Origin: a virus | Taxonomy: Duplodnaviria; Caudoviricetes | Reading direction: 5' to 3' (one strand) | Length of the DNA stretch: 54,584 bases | IMG/VR virus record: IMGVR_UViG_3300032226_000620 | Span: 1 to 54,584 of that record | Shown here: positions 28,679 through 37,845 of the stretch, one piece after another | How the letters are laid out: every line of letters starts with the position of its first letter | Position numbering within the stretch: the first letter of the stretch is position 1 | Position numbers and translations under genes: made by a program | Notes under the pieces: model-generated | Database searches by the model: none | Told to the model about the DNA's origin: nothing | Seen by the model: only the letters and a program-made list of their open reading frames with translations

Positions 28679-29366
28679 AGATATGTTTTGCTTCTTCCAT
28701 AAAATCAGCAGGAAAGTTTGTTTTGAAACTTTCAAATGCTAGTTGTTGTATTACATGATGCGGAGTAGGGGTATCTACATCGATGCCCATCGATTTCATT
28801 TTAGGAAATAAATCTGCTTGTCGGTCTTGGCTGATATGACTCATTACACTCCGTAAACTTATTGCGGCATCTGCATCCTTGTAACAGAAAAAATAATTGA
28901 TGCTTTTTAGTTTACCGTTGACTATAAAATAACTACTAGGATGCAGGCTATATTTGTAAATCCCTAACGTTTTGTGAGCACGAAAAATATCTAACATCTG
29001 TTCACGCCAGTTGGGCAGTATATCGTCATAGGTACAGTTGTTGTCTAGAGTTTGTTGCCAAAAATCTACACCTTGTATTTTAAAAAACATTTTACGACCG
29101 GCCAAATCTATCATTGTTATTTCTGGAACTAGATTTGGATAGACATTTCGCATCTGTGTGATAAAATTAATTTCTCGTAACCATTTTTCATCCATTAATT
29201 TTGAATCAACCACTTGATTTTGTCCTTTGTGATAATCAGTGTCGTTAATATAATGTTGGCAAAATACTGTTTTGTCTTGATTAACTAAACTAGTGTATAT
29301 AAGGTTGTTTCGGCACAGTCCTTTGCCTGGCACATTATTATAATAATATTCAAAGATGTCTTCCAT
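28671..29366 (-). CDS. kinase-like fold protein with a degenerate catalytic loop
   Basis: WLREINF, LVPEI..ID, YKYSLHPSSYF..NGKLKSINYF; paralog of 16562..17236. Confidence 0.45.
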   Translation of the reverse strand: MEDIFEYYYNNVPGKGLCRNNLIYTSLVNQDKTVFCQHYINDTDYHKGQNQVVDSKLMDEKWLREINFITQMRNVYPNLVPEITMIDLAGRKMFFKIQGVDFWQQTLDNNCTYDDILPNWREQMLDIFRAHKTLGIYKYSLHPSSYFIVNGKLKSINYFFCYKDADAAISLRSVMSHISQDRQADLFPKMKSMGIDVDTPTPHHVIQQLAFESFKTNFPADFMEEAKHIYD

Positions 29367-29393
29367 GCTAGTACTTATTAGATAAGTATGTGC
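29367..29393. promoter_or_regulatory. back-to-back late-type promoters (ATAAGTA)
   Basis: Minus strand ATAAGTACTAGC-ATG; plus strand ATAAGTATGTGC-ATG; nearly symmetric. Confidence 0.6.
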
Positions 29394-30209
29394 ATGATAA
29401 AAGGTATTGGCGGAAAGCCCTATATAGATTTAGATCCATTTTTAGATATAAAGGGATTTATAGATTTGCATCCGGAAATCTGTAAAGGATTTGCTCTGGC
29501 TAGAGACTATGCCAAAGAAGGCACATGGATGGCCCCAGGGTTTGATCAAACTCGCGGAAGCTATATATGGGATTGGAAACCCATCTATAAAGCATTCGAA
29601 GAATACCAGGTTCTTCCAGAGGATCATCCTATTAAAATTGCCGGCTCAGAAATATTTCCAAATAGCTTTAAAGATTATAGACAACGCAACTTATTCACTC
29701 GATTTCTTAAATCTGCCATGGGCGCAAATGATCCTTACATATATTATTTTCTATGGGAAGAAGGAGACTGGAATACTCGTAACGCCGCTAGAAAACGTAC
29801 AATAATACAAGGATATTTTCCAGGAGTTGTTAAATGGGTAGAAAATCTAACAGATACTAATATTATTAGTCAAATTGGTCGTGTAATATTTTTCTTATGC
29901 GATCATAATGGCAAGGCATTTGAACATCGAGATTTAGATGCTAATAATGGAGTATCTGAGAATGACTTTTATACTCCACATACTAATGAGTTTATACACA
30001 TAAGGTATCGTACCAAGCGCGGATTTTATATTTGGGATCCAGATACTCAAGACAAGCATTATGTAAACTCACACGCTGCATTCTGGAATGATCAAGATTG
30101 GCATGGTGGTGAAAGCAGCCTTGAACAAGAATACGGATTGAGAATCGACTGTAAATTTACAGATGAGTTCCGTGCTAAATTAGGTATCAATCATTTGAAT
30201 AATTATTAA
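29394..30209 (+). CDS. putative Fe(II)/2OG cupin oxygenase
   Basis: GRVIFF...EHRD...FWNDQDWHGG...LRID. Confidence 0.6.
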   Translation: MIKGIGGKPYIDLDPFLDIKGFIDLHPEICKGFALARDYAKEGTWMAPGFDQTRGSYIWDWKPIYKAFEEYQVLPEDHPIKIAGSEIFPNSFKDYRQRNLFTRFLKSAMGANDPYIYYFLWEEGDWNTRNAARKRTIIQGYFPGVVKWVENLTDTNIISQIGRVIFFLCDHNGKAFEHRDLDANNGVSENDFYTPHTNEFIHIRYRTKRGFYIWDPDTQDKHYVNSHAAFWNDQDWHGGESSLEQEYGLRIDCKFTDEFRAKLGINHLNNY

Positions 30210-30703
30210 TGAAATACTTAGGTAACTACACTCATTGGATTGATCCTTTATGGGAACACAAGATACTAACAATAAACGGGCAAGCTCGTCCAAGAGACTG
30301 GCCTCCTGCTACTGCTGCGGAGTCTGCTGAATATAGTAGATACAGAATGGCGGGCTATGATTTGAACGCTGTTAACTGGTGGGTATACGAAGAACAAGAT
30401 TTAAACCTACAAATCACTCCAACATGGACCATAGGCAACATACATTGGTGGTTTACTAAAATGTTACCAGGACAGTATATGCCAATGCATACAGATCCAC
30501 ACGCCTACGACAAACCTTGTAAGAGGTACTGGATGCCATTACAAGATTACACGGCTGGTCATGTGTTTATCTATAAAGATGAAATGATCACTGGATACAA
30601 GGCAGGTGATGTATTTCAGTTTGAAACTGCAACTGATATACACGGTGCGGCCAATATTGGTCACACATCACGCATAATGCTATTGGTTACGGAGTACATA
30701 TGA
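30209..30703 (+). CDS. AspH-like cupin oxygenase
   Basis: KMLPGQYMPMHTD...RYWMPLQD...HGAANIG..RIML. Confidence 0.75.
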   Translation: MKYLGNYTHWIDPLWEHKILTINGQARPRDWPPATAAESAEYSRYRMAGYDLNAVNWWVYEEQDLNLQITPTWTIGNIHWWFTKMLPGQYMPMHTDPHAYDKPCKRYWMPLQDYTAGHVFIYKDEMITGYKAGDVFQFETATDIHGAANIGHTSRIMLLVTEYI

Positions 30704-31458
30704 AAATAGGTTTTTTTGGTGACAGTTTTTGCATGGAAGCAAGTAACCCGCACAGCTGGTACTACAAATATGAAACTTTCATAAGACAAATTGAAAAACA
30801 CTACTCAGCAGAAATTGTAAATTTAGGAGTTGGAGGCAGTAGTTATTGGGATGTTATGCTAAAACAATTTCCACCGTATGCAACTAACTTACCGGATGTG
30901 TGTATATTTTGTTGGACTGATCCAAGTAGGATCTATCATCCTACTATAAGAAATATTGGTATATGGACTACGATGAAACGCAACTGGAAAGATATTCATT
31001 ATACACATCTCTTAAACTATAAAGAATTGCATGCCGCCAAAGAATATTTTATGTATTTGCATAACTGGGAGAAAAGCCAGAAAGAAGCAGTATCTGCATT
31101 TTATTATTATGATAGGGAAGTGCTAACAGCATTACAACATAAAACTAAAATTATACATTTGTGGAGTTTTGGTTCCACCATCAACTGGGAACAAGAAGAA
31201 TCCTGGTGTCCTAATAATATAAATTATGCATATAGATGGCAAACTGGCATAGAAATAAGACCTAGCCTAAAGTGTTTTAGTGCCATTGGGAGAAATACAA
31301 AAAACGATGACATGGCAGCAAATCATTTAGGCAGTTCGCTTAACAATAGGCTTGTTGCTGACATGATTATTGAAGCAATTGATAATCATTCTAACGGTCA
31401 ATTATTAATTAAAGATGCCATGTGGGAACAGTATCAAACAATTCGGCTCGCAAACTAA
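30700..31458 (+). CDS. SGNH/GDSL-like protein
   Basis: FFGDSF, NLGVGGSS, C-terminal NH. Confidence 0.65.
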   Translation: MKIGFFGDSFCMEASNPHSWYYKYETFIRQIEKHYSAEIVNLGVGGSSYWDVMLKQFPPYATNLPDVCIFCWTDPSRIYHPTIRNIGIWTTMKRNWKDIHYTHLLNYKELHAAKEYFMYLHNWEKSQKEAVSAFYYYDREVLTALQHKTKIIHLWSFGSTINWEQEESWCPNNINYAYRWQTGIEIRPSLKCFSAIGRNTKNDDMAANHLGSSLNNRLVADMIIEAIDNHSNGQLLIKDAMWEQYQTIRLAN

Positions 31459-32536
31459 AATAAACACTAGCATCCGGCATGGCAGATTGAATAGCATCTA
31501 CTAATACTTGCTGTTTGTACTTTCTATATTCTAAACTGTAAAAAAATACAGTACCTTCGTAATTAAAAATATTTGATAAGTTTATCAGCGTGTCTGGTAT
31601 GCTGATATCGATGTGATCTATTAAACTATCTTTGCCGAGCAAATCACATAACACAAACTTGAATTTAGGATAGCGAGCTTGCCAATAGTCTAACGATGCT
31701 TGGTTATAATCGTACATAATAACGGTGGCGTCCGATTCTAAATAATTAGTGAACCACATACCGCTAGCAGGTGTCACAATCTGTTTATATTTTTTAATAG
31801 GCAAGTCTACAGTTTCTGTATTATCAGTATGTACAAATGTATTGCGACAATAGTTTAACCTATGATACGCCCATCCTAACTGTTTGTAAAAATCTTTAGG
31901 ACTTTCTGGATAGAAGTGAATTTTATTATTTCTTACACTGTCATCAAAAACTACCACTGGAAGATTGTTATCAAATGCCTTACTTAATATATTCCAGCCG
32001 TGGCACCTGTGTTGATAATCTGTTAATATTGTTCCAGCAACGATTGCTCTAGGAGTATAGTCATCATGATAATTATTAGTAGTTCGGTATGGTGCAACTT
32101 GTACGTGTTGAGACCCGAGTTCTTGTTTTCCAATAGCTGGCTGTCCTATCATATTATAATGAAATAAATTTATAACATAGCATTGATGGTGTAACTCGTA
32201 ATATGCATCTTTTCTATCTAAAATGTGCCCAGCAACTAAAAAATCTACTTGTATCAGAGTTTCTATTGCTTCAAAGAATTTAGATCCATTTGTAAACTCT
32301 GTGCCTGTGCTTAATACCACAGCATGAGTGTATCCTAGATTTGCTACATGTTTGAGTAATACATCTTCATCGATCCATTGATAAACTGGATAGCCTTTAT
32401 TATAGACATTGGCTAATACTCCGTCTGCTTGATTTTTAATTAGTTCACAAATACCGCTAGAATAGCTTCGTGTGTTATCTACAAAACAAAATGCAATATT
32501 GGTACGCCATTTGGGATTAAATTCTATCACATTCAT
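31409..32536 (-). CDS. hypothetical protein (possible GT-A N-terminus and methyltransferase-like C-terminus)
   Basis: Long ORF; start at ATG 32536 (ATGA overlap); GHILD..YYELH.QC, MYDYNQASL, NLSNIF. Confidence 0.6.
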   Translation of the reverse strand: MNVIEFNPKWRTNIAFCFVDNTRSYSSGICELIKNQADGVLANVYNKGYPVYQWIDEDVLLKHVANLGYTHAVVLSTGTEFTNGSKFFEAIETLIQVDFLVAGHILDRKDAYYELHHQCYVINLFHYNMIGQPAIGKQELGSQHVQVAPYRTTNNYHDDYTPRAIVAGTILTDYQHRCHGWNILSKAFDNNLPVVVFDDSVRNNKIHFYPESPKDFYKQLGWAYHRLNYCRNTFVHTDNTETVDLPIKKYKQIVTPASGMWFTNYLESDATVIMYDYNQASLDYWQARYPKFKFVLCDLLGKDSLIDHIDISIPDTLINLSNIFNYEGTVFFYSLEYRKYKQQVLVDAIQSAMPDASVYFSLRAELFDTVPTWHL

Positions 32537-33009
32537 TTTAGTGTGCTTACTTGGCAAGTATAAAAATTTTCAGCACTGGCGTTAGAAGCCCAGTGTTCAA
32601 CTTTGTGATCAAAGAACCACACATCGCCGGCTTTCCAATTGGTTAGTACTAAATCGTCTAGCTGTACTATGTGTCCTAGTTTCCAATCTTCCAACATAAT
32701 AAGATATCTAATGCAATTTTCTTCGGGTACATTTTTTTTAGTTTTAAGCATATAGAAGTGATCTCGATGAACTGGGATTACTTCTTTTGGTTCAAGACAT
32801 AACCAGCACACACTTCCGTGTTGAACGTTTAGTGTGTCATAGTAGCGCATGAACTCAGGTACTTCCTCGTTGAATGTTTGTTTGAGCATCGTACCTTCGT
32901 AATTACTATGTGGGACGGCATGTGGTGCTATAGGTGTTTCATACTGAAATTTAAAAGCAGCTAAATCTTTTTTCCAAAACGGATAAATTTTTCCAATAGT
33001 GCCTTTCAT
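32533..33009 (-). CDS. AspH-like cupin oxygenase
   Basis: PKEVIPVHRDH...RYLIMLEDW..GH...EHWASN; start at ATG 33009 (ATGA overlap). Confidence 0.7.
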   Translation of the reverse strand: MKGTIGKIYPFWKKDLAAFKFQYETPIAPHAVPHSNYEGTMLKQTFNEEVPEFMRYYDTLNVQHGSVCWLCLEPKEVIPVHRDHFYMLKTKKNVPEENCIRYLIMLEDWKLGHIVQLDDLVLTNWKAGDVWFFDHKVEHWASNASAENFYTCQVSTLK

Positions 33010-34064
33010 CGGAAGTAATCCTCTAATGAGCCCGTACGCCGCAAGTCCAACGTAGCACAATGGAAGCCCCCGCTTAATGTTGCCGCGTGTCGCATCGGCA
33101 ACGGAATAACTGTAAACTTGCGTTTTTCTAATTCTCGTACTAGTGATGTTTGTGTGTTGCCTACACATACTGTATTAGGATTGACACTTAGTATATTCAT
33201 ACCAATATACGGACTACACGGACTAACGCTGCCAGGTCCACTAGCTGGCGGAATAATAGCAGTAACATCTTGGAAGTAAATCTTGTCCCACGATTCAAAT
33301 AACTTGGGACAGTTGTCTGGATTGACTCGAGTACTGTTAAGCAATACCAGTCCCGGTCGTAATGGAATGATGGTGCTGTCCATGTGTGCAAAACTGTAAA
33401 TGTGTTCTGCGGCATGCACACGATATCCACGACGCTCTAGAGTATTGCGTAACCATTGTAATCCTAAATGATTGCCTGTGTTACTAATTTGGAATAGGAT
33501 ATCTTTGCCTAACCTAATACAATTAGGAGCATCAAACACAGGCTCAAGGTTAGTTAAACTTGGCTGACTTAAATCTGTAAAATTATAGCTGGCATCTGTA
33601 AGGATTGGCTTAGGAGCTGCAATCCACTCTACTCCATCTTTGACTGCATCTAGCATAATATCGTGATAGGCACGAGTTTCAAAATATCTGGCGCGACACG
33701 GACTCGGGGTCTCGATCATTAGATTGTCTAAAGGTAGTAACAAGTCTCGCGGACACCAAGTATACCAACCGGTTGTTGACCATTCGGGCGTACTAAATTG
33801 TTTAGCGGTATCTTGTATTTTAGGACGATGTACTTTAACATGGCATTGCTCTAGTGCAGCGACCAATGCCTCCATATCCTCGTTTGCTTCATCTATTAAC
33901 CATTGAGGATATTGTCCAGCTAATGGTTTAATTTTTTCAATATCGTAGTTAGTATAGCACATGCTCATAGTACTGGCATCTACTGTAGGTACACGAGCAT
34001 TGTCTGCTCTTCCTACAATAATTTCTTCTAACGGATCCCAGTGGTTGTGGCTTGATATTTTCAT
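33006..34064 (-). CDS. L-arginine-dependent amidinotransferase (StrB1/glycine amidinotransferase family)
   Basis: SHNHWDPLEEIIVG, CPRD, FDAPN, HMDST, GGFHCATLDLRR (Asp-His-Cys triad). Confidence 0.9.
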   Translation of the reverse strand: MKISSHNHWDPLEEIIVGRADNARVPTVDASTMSMCYTNYDIEKIKPLAGQYPQWLIDEANEDMEALVAALEQCHVKVHRPKIQDTAKQFSTPEWSTTGWYTWCPRDLLLPLDNLMIETPSPCRARYFETRAYHDIMLDAVKDGVEWIAAPKPILTDASYNFTDLSQPSLTNLEPVFDAPNCIRLGKDILFQISNTGNHLGLQWLRNTLERRGYRVHAAEHIYSFAHMDSTIIPLRPGLVLLNSTRVNPDNCPKLFESWDKIYFQDVTAIIPPASGPGSVSPCSPYIGMNILSVNPNTVCVGNTQTSLVRELEKRKFTVIPLPMRHAATLSGGFHCATLDLRRTGSLEDYFR

Positions 34065-35125
34065 TGTTGTATCTTTAATAAATGTGAAAATCCTGTTTGC
34101 TCAAACCAATAAGATTTTTCACTGTCGGTTATGTTTAAGTTACTGATAAATTTTTGGTTATCTTCTGCAAGAGAAATAAACACACTATAATTATGCTCGA
34201 CATCTTTTTGTATGTCTTCTTTATGCTGTTTATAATTTTCCATAAAGTATTCGGTATTAGCTACCACCGCGTCTAAACGATCTTCTTCATTTTGTATAAA
34301 TGCATAATCTTTGATCAACATGTATTCTTCAAATGTTCGCAAACCAAAACTTTTGATGTAGTTAAATTGTTCAGGATAGCCAGCAAACACAAAGGGATGT
34401 TTCATTGCAATAGCTCGCCAAGTCTTCTCGGTTAAGAATTTATAATTAGTTGCTGGATCATAAGCATTACCTTCGCTTATAACACTAAGCGCAGTGTCTA
34501 CAAATACACAAGGATCAATCCATGCTAAATTGTTAATCCATGGCTGGTTGTATGTATCTTGTGTATCCCATTCTTGCCTTGATGTTTTAGAATAGTTTTT
34601 TGATTTTTCGTAGATGTCATCAACGCGGCGATCACAATCTTCTAAAAATTTTGAATATTGTTTATCTGTGTAATGTGACATAGCATTACGGCACCATTCT
34701 TTATCACTATCGACCCATGGAGGGAAAAAAGTCCATATTGAATTGTCTAACATTTTCTTATCGTAAAACTTACCTAATAACTTAATACGATTTATCCTGC
34801 TAGGAACACCCCCAAGAAATAAAAATGATTCGCTATTACTATTCCAGGAAGGTAGTTGTATATTTTTAAAACTATGATAAACGATACTATGATAATAGTT
34901 AAAATACAAATGATTAGGATGTTCACACATACCTGCAATTAGTTTGACTTCTATGTCTACTGGAAATGTTTCTGGATCTCTATACAAAAATCCGTCCATT
35001 AACAGTAGCCCGTAAGCAATATTATATCCTTGTTCTTTGGCACATTCTAATTGTTTAACAATGTGTCTATATCGTTCTTGCTCGTCGACATGCAATATTT
35101 CAAAATTAATTATTTTACCTTTCAT
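34061..35125 (-). CDS. putative glycosyltransferase (GT10-like C-terminal motif)
   Basis: SVISEG...FLTEKTWRAI..KHPFVFAG resembles the GT10 EN...YxTEK..AL...P motif. Confidence 0.5.
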   Translation of the reverse strand: MKGKIINFEILHVDEQERYRHIVKQLECAKEQGYNIAYGLLLMDGFLYRDPETFPVDIEVKLIAGMCEHPNHLYFNYYHSIVYHSFKNIQLPSWNSNSESFLFLGGVPSRINRIKLLGKFYDKKMLDNSIWTFFPPWVDSDKEWCRNAMSHYTDKQYSKFLEDCDRRVDDIYEKSKNYSKTSRQEWDTQDTYNQPWINNLAWIDPCVFVDTALSVISEGNAYDPATNYKFLTEKTWRAIAMKHPFVFAGYPEQFNYIKSFGLRTFEEYMLIKDYAFIQNEEDRLDAVVANTEYFMENYKQHKEDIQKDVEHNYSVFISLAEDNQKFISNLNITDSEKSYWFEQTGFSHLLKIQQ

Positions 35126-35982
35126 AACAGCTTATTAAAACTCAATCGATTGGTGCTAGTTCCCCTATTGTACTCTTTCCATTCATCTCCACCGATGCCA
35201 AATAATATTGTATTACTAGGAACAACATTGTACTGTAAACATAAATCTAGTTGTCGATGTTTATATTTGTTATACACAAAATCCGGTCCAAATTTAGATA
35301 ATAGTTCTAGACCTAGTTGCGGCCCTAATCTATTGGTGTATCCTATTTTATTTGCAACAAACAAACTGTCGTCGTCGTCTAGTCGTGTTAACCGCATACC
35401 TATCCTTGCATGTGCTACAGGAAATATCTTACTTAAACTAAATGTAATGTCAGTAATGCAGGGATGATTAAAATTAAAGTCAATATCAGAACATATTCCA
35501 AAATAAGCACAATCAACAAGTACAGGGATTCCCTTTTCGGTGCATTGCTCTAATAATGTTTCGTGTAATTGATGCTTGCCGCCAGTATCGCTAAATGGTA
35601 AACTGATTACTACAGCATCATTAGGGTCTAGACACTCGTCATCTAACCACAACCAGTTAGGCCAACTATTCCTCCAGACTAGTCTATGGTATACATACTC
35701 GCCTCGAAAGCAGCGGAACCTGCGTGTACAATTTTTAATATAAAATTTATCAAATGATTCTGTGGTACCGTTACTGTAACATGCAAACGGAAAATGTTCC
35801 AACCCTTGTACATTATTCAAGGTAGTTTTAGAAATCCAGTTTAAATATTCTTGACAAAATTCTTCCGATAAATCAAGAGTTAGATCTAACTTAGTTCTAT
35901 CTATTACAGTTAATGTTTCAGAATCTTTAATAGCCATAGATTCTCCGAACATCATTTGTCTTTTGTCATTCGGGGGCGACAT
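35122..35982 (-). CDS. PLP-dependent enzyme (fold type I, aminotransferase-like)
   Basis: NGTTESF, ISLPFS, LVDCAY, FSLSKIF..ARIG; AAGGAGG RBS before ATG 35982. Confidence 0.75.
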   Translation of the reverse strand: MSPPNDKRQMMFGESMAIKDSETLTVIDRTKLDLTLDLSEEFCQEYLNWISKTTLNNVQGLEHFPFACYSNGTTESFDKFYIKNCTRRFRCFRGEYVYHRLVWRNSWPNWLWLDDECLDPNDAVVISLPFSDTGGKHQLHETLLEQCTEKGIPVLVDCAYFGICSDIDFNFNHPCITDITFSLSKIFPVAHARIGMRLTRLDDDDSLFVANKIGYTNRLGPQLGLELLSKFGPDFVYNKYKHRQLDLCLQYNVVPSNTILFGIGGDEWKEYNRGTSTNRLSFNKLL

Positions 35983-36520
35983 TAAACGCCTCCTTATTAA
36001 CATTGAGGAATATTGTTATACGGGTTTCTAGTGTATCGTTCATGCCGCCATGCGGCAATTGGCCATCAAATACCAAAGGAACCCTTGCTTTATTTTTAAT
36101 TAATTTATAGTCAACTATTGAGTAGCCGTGATCGTATAATGGAATTAGAATGTTATAACACCGACCAGTATTATCATATTCGGGGCGTGTGTCATCATCT
36201 ACGTGTATTGGTATGAGTGAGGCTTTAAATAAAACATTAATTGCAAATCGTTCTACACCCTTCATAATTTTGGCATGATCCATGATGTGTTTTGCAATGT
36301 CTTCTAACCCTTGATTGAATGTGTAATATGCATCTATATCATATGGATTCACTATAATACTTTTCCAGTTTATAGATGTGCCAACATTTTTCTCTCCAAT
36401 ATCAACCCAAAAATCTGAAACATCATGTTTCATCAATTCTTCTACATACTCAACAAGTTTTGGAATCTTATGGTTGTCAACATAAGACTCGGGAGGAAGT
36501 ATCATTGGTCGATCCATCAT
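35966..36520 (-). CDS. AspH-like cupin oxygenase
   Basis: IPIHVDD...FDGQLPHGGMN...RITI. Confidence 0.7.
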   Translation of the reverse strand: MMDRPMILPPESYVDNHKIPKLVEYVEELMKHDVSDFWVDIGEKNVGTSINWKSIIVNPYDIDAYYTFNQGLEDIAKHIMDHAKIMKGVERFAINVLFKASLIPIHVDDDTRPEYDNTGRCYNILIPLYDHGYSIVDYKLIKNKARVPLVFDGQLPHGGMNDTLETRITIFLNVNKEAFNVAPE

Positions 36521-36534
36521 CTACCAACGGCTTA

Positions 36535-37053
36535 TTAGTTAATGAATCGTGATGAATCTACTATCATGGTAATCCATATATGAGTTTGATTGGAATTGTT
36601 AATTGTGCTTCGATACACTTCATGGTCAAAAATAATAGGCGACCCTTTTACAGAAACCGATGTTGTGTTATCAATAACATGTAAACCGTGTGTGGTCACA
36701 GGCACAATTACATTATAGCTAGGAACCGTTCCAGACGGAATTGGATCTCCTTGATGGACTGGTATAGATGAATTTGGATTTAAAAAATTAACAAAAATTC
36801 TATCTACACCTTCTATGTTTCTACTATACGCAGTAATCGGCTGTACTAATTGCTCTAAATCATCGCTAATAACAGATTCGCCTGTGATGTCATATATCAC
36901 TACAGCAGAATAATTTGACGCTATGCCTTCATCTTTAAGACCTATATCAACTAGATGTGTTGAAATGGGTTGGTTACAAAAATTTTCAACTAATTCAATT
37001 AATGAAGGTAGTTTAGCAAGATCTAAGTATGAGTTGGATTCGAGTATTTTCAT
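36535..37053 (-). CDS. AspH-like cupin protein with degenerate metal ligands
   Basis: LNPNSSIPVHQGD...FDHEVYRSTINNS; paralog of the previous gene lacking the distal His. Confidence 0.55.
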   Translation of the reverse strand: MKILESNSYLDLAKLPSLIELVENFCNQPISTHLVDIGLKDEGIASNYSAVVIYDITGESVISDDLEQLVQPITAYSRNIEGVDRIFVNFLNPNSSIPVHQGDPIPSGTVPSYNVIVPVTTHGLHVIDNTTSVSVKGSPIIFDHEVYRSTINNSNQTHIWITMIVDSSRFIN

Positions 37054-37092
37054 ATCAATATTTATAAGTTATTATGCATGATAAGTAAAGAT
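37054..37092. promoter_or_regulatory. back-to-back late-type promoters
   Basis: Minus strand TATAAATATTGAT-ATG (exact T4 late TATAAATA); plus strand ATAAGTAAAGAT-ATG (37093). Confidence 0.6.
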
Positions 37093-37845
37093 ATGAACGA
37101 ATCAGCTGTGAAATTCTATGAAAAAAACAAAGACTTTGCATGGACTGTACAACCAATTCCAAGTAATCTAACTACTGACATCCAAAAAGCACAATGGATT
37201 TTAAATACTGCTGACTTTGGTTGGATAGAATTAGATATTGACTTTGATTTAACTTCATGGCAAAAAGAAGTTGAGCCAGCTCGACCTTATTTTGTAGCCC
37301 ATCGTGAAGACAACAACACAGGATGGAACAGTTGTTGTATACATGGTATCGATACAGATAAAACAGGTGCTTGGACAAACTACGGCTACACAGACGAAAG
37401 TACAGTTCCCTATGGCTGGACTGAACTATCTCACAAGACTGTAGAGATTAAAAAATTCTGGCAGGACAAATTTCCGTCAGATAATTATAGACGCATTCGT
37501 TTTATGGAATTAGAACCTAAGTCAGCAATTACTCCTCACAGCGACATGCCCGGAAAACTTCCGGGAGAGGTTGGTATGGATATGTTAGACTTTGGAGTCC
37601 CTGTAAATCTAGCTGTGATACACCCTAATGACTGTTACATGGTATTAGAAGGATACGGAATAGTGCCTTTTCAACAAGGTCGTGCATTTGTGGTTAATAT
37701 AAGAAAATATCACAGTGTAATTAATTTTAGTGATCAAAGTAGAATACATGTTATTGGCCACAGCAATGGCTACGGTTCTAAAAAACAAGAATTTGCCCAG
37801 CTGTTGGTTAGGAGTTACTGTAAAATGGAAGCAAGTTATGTCTAA
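37093..37845 (+). CDS. aspartyl/asparaginyl beta-hydroxylase-like oxygenase
   Basis: GWNSCCIHG, RIRFMELEPKSAITPHSD, HSVINFSDQSRIH; alternative start 37078. Confidence 0.8.
   Translation: MNESAVKFYEKNKDFAWTVQPIPSNLTTDIQKAQWILNTADFGWIELDIDFDLTSWQKEVEPARPYFVAHREDNNTGWNSCCIHGIDTDKTGAWTNYGYTDESTVPYGWTELSHKTVEIKKFWQDKFPSDNYRRIRFMELEPKSAITPHSDMPGKLPGEVGMDMLDFGVPVNLAVIHPNDCYMVLEGYGIVPFQQGRAFVVNIRKYHSVINFSDQSRIHVIGHSNGYGSKKQEFAQLLVRSYCKMEASYV

Noticed and set aside
22584-37837. Long N-terminal extensions in the ORF track (23888, 24621, 28735, 32557, 33168, 36003, 37730)
   Set aside because: They overlap neighbouring genes; downstream starts with ATGA coupling, an RBS or a late motif fit better
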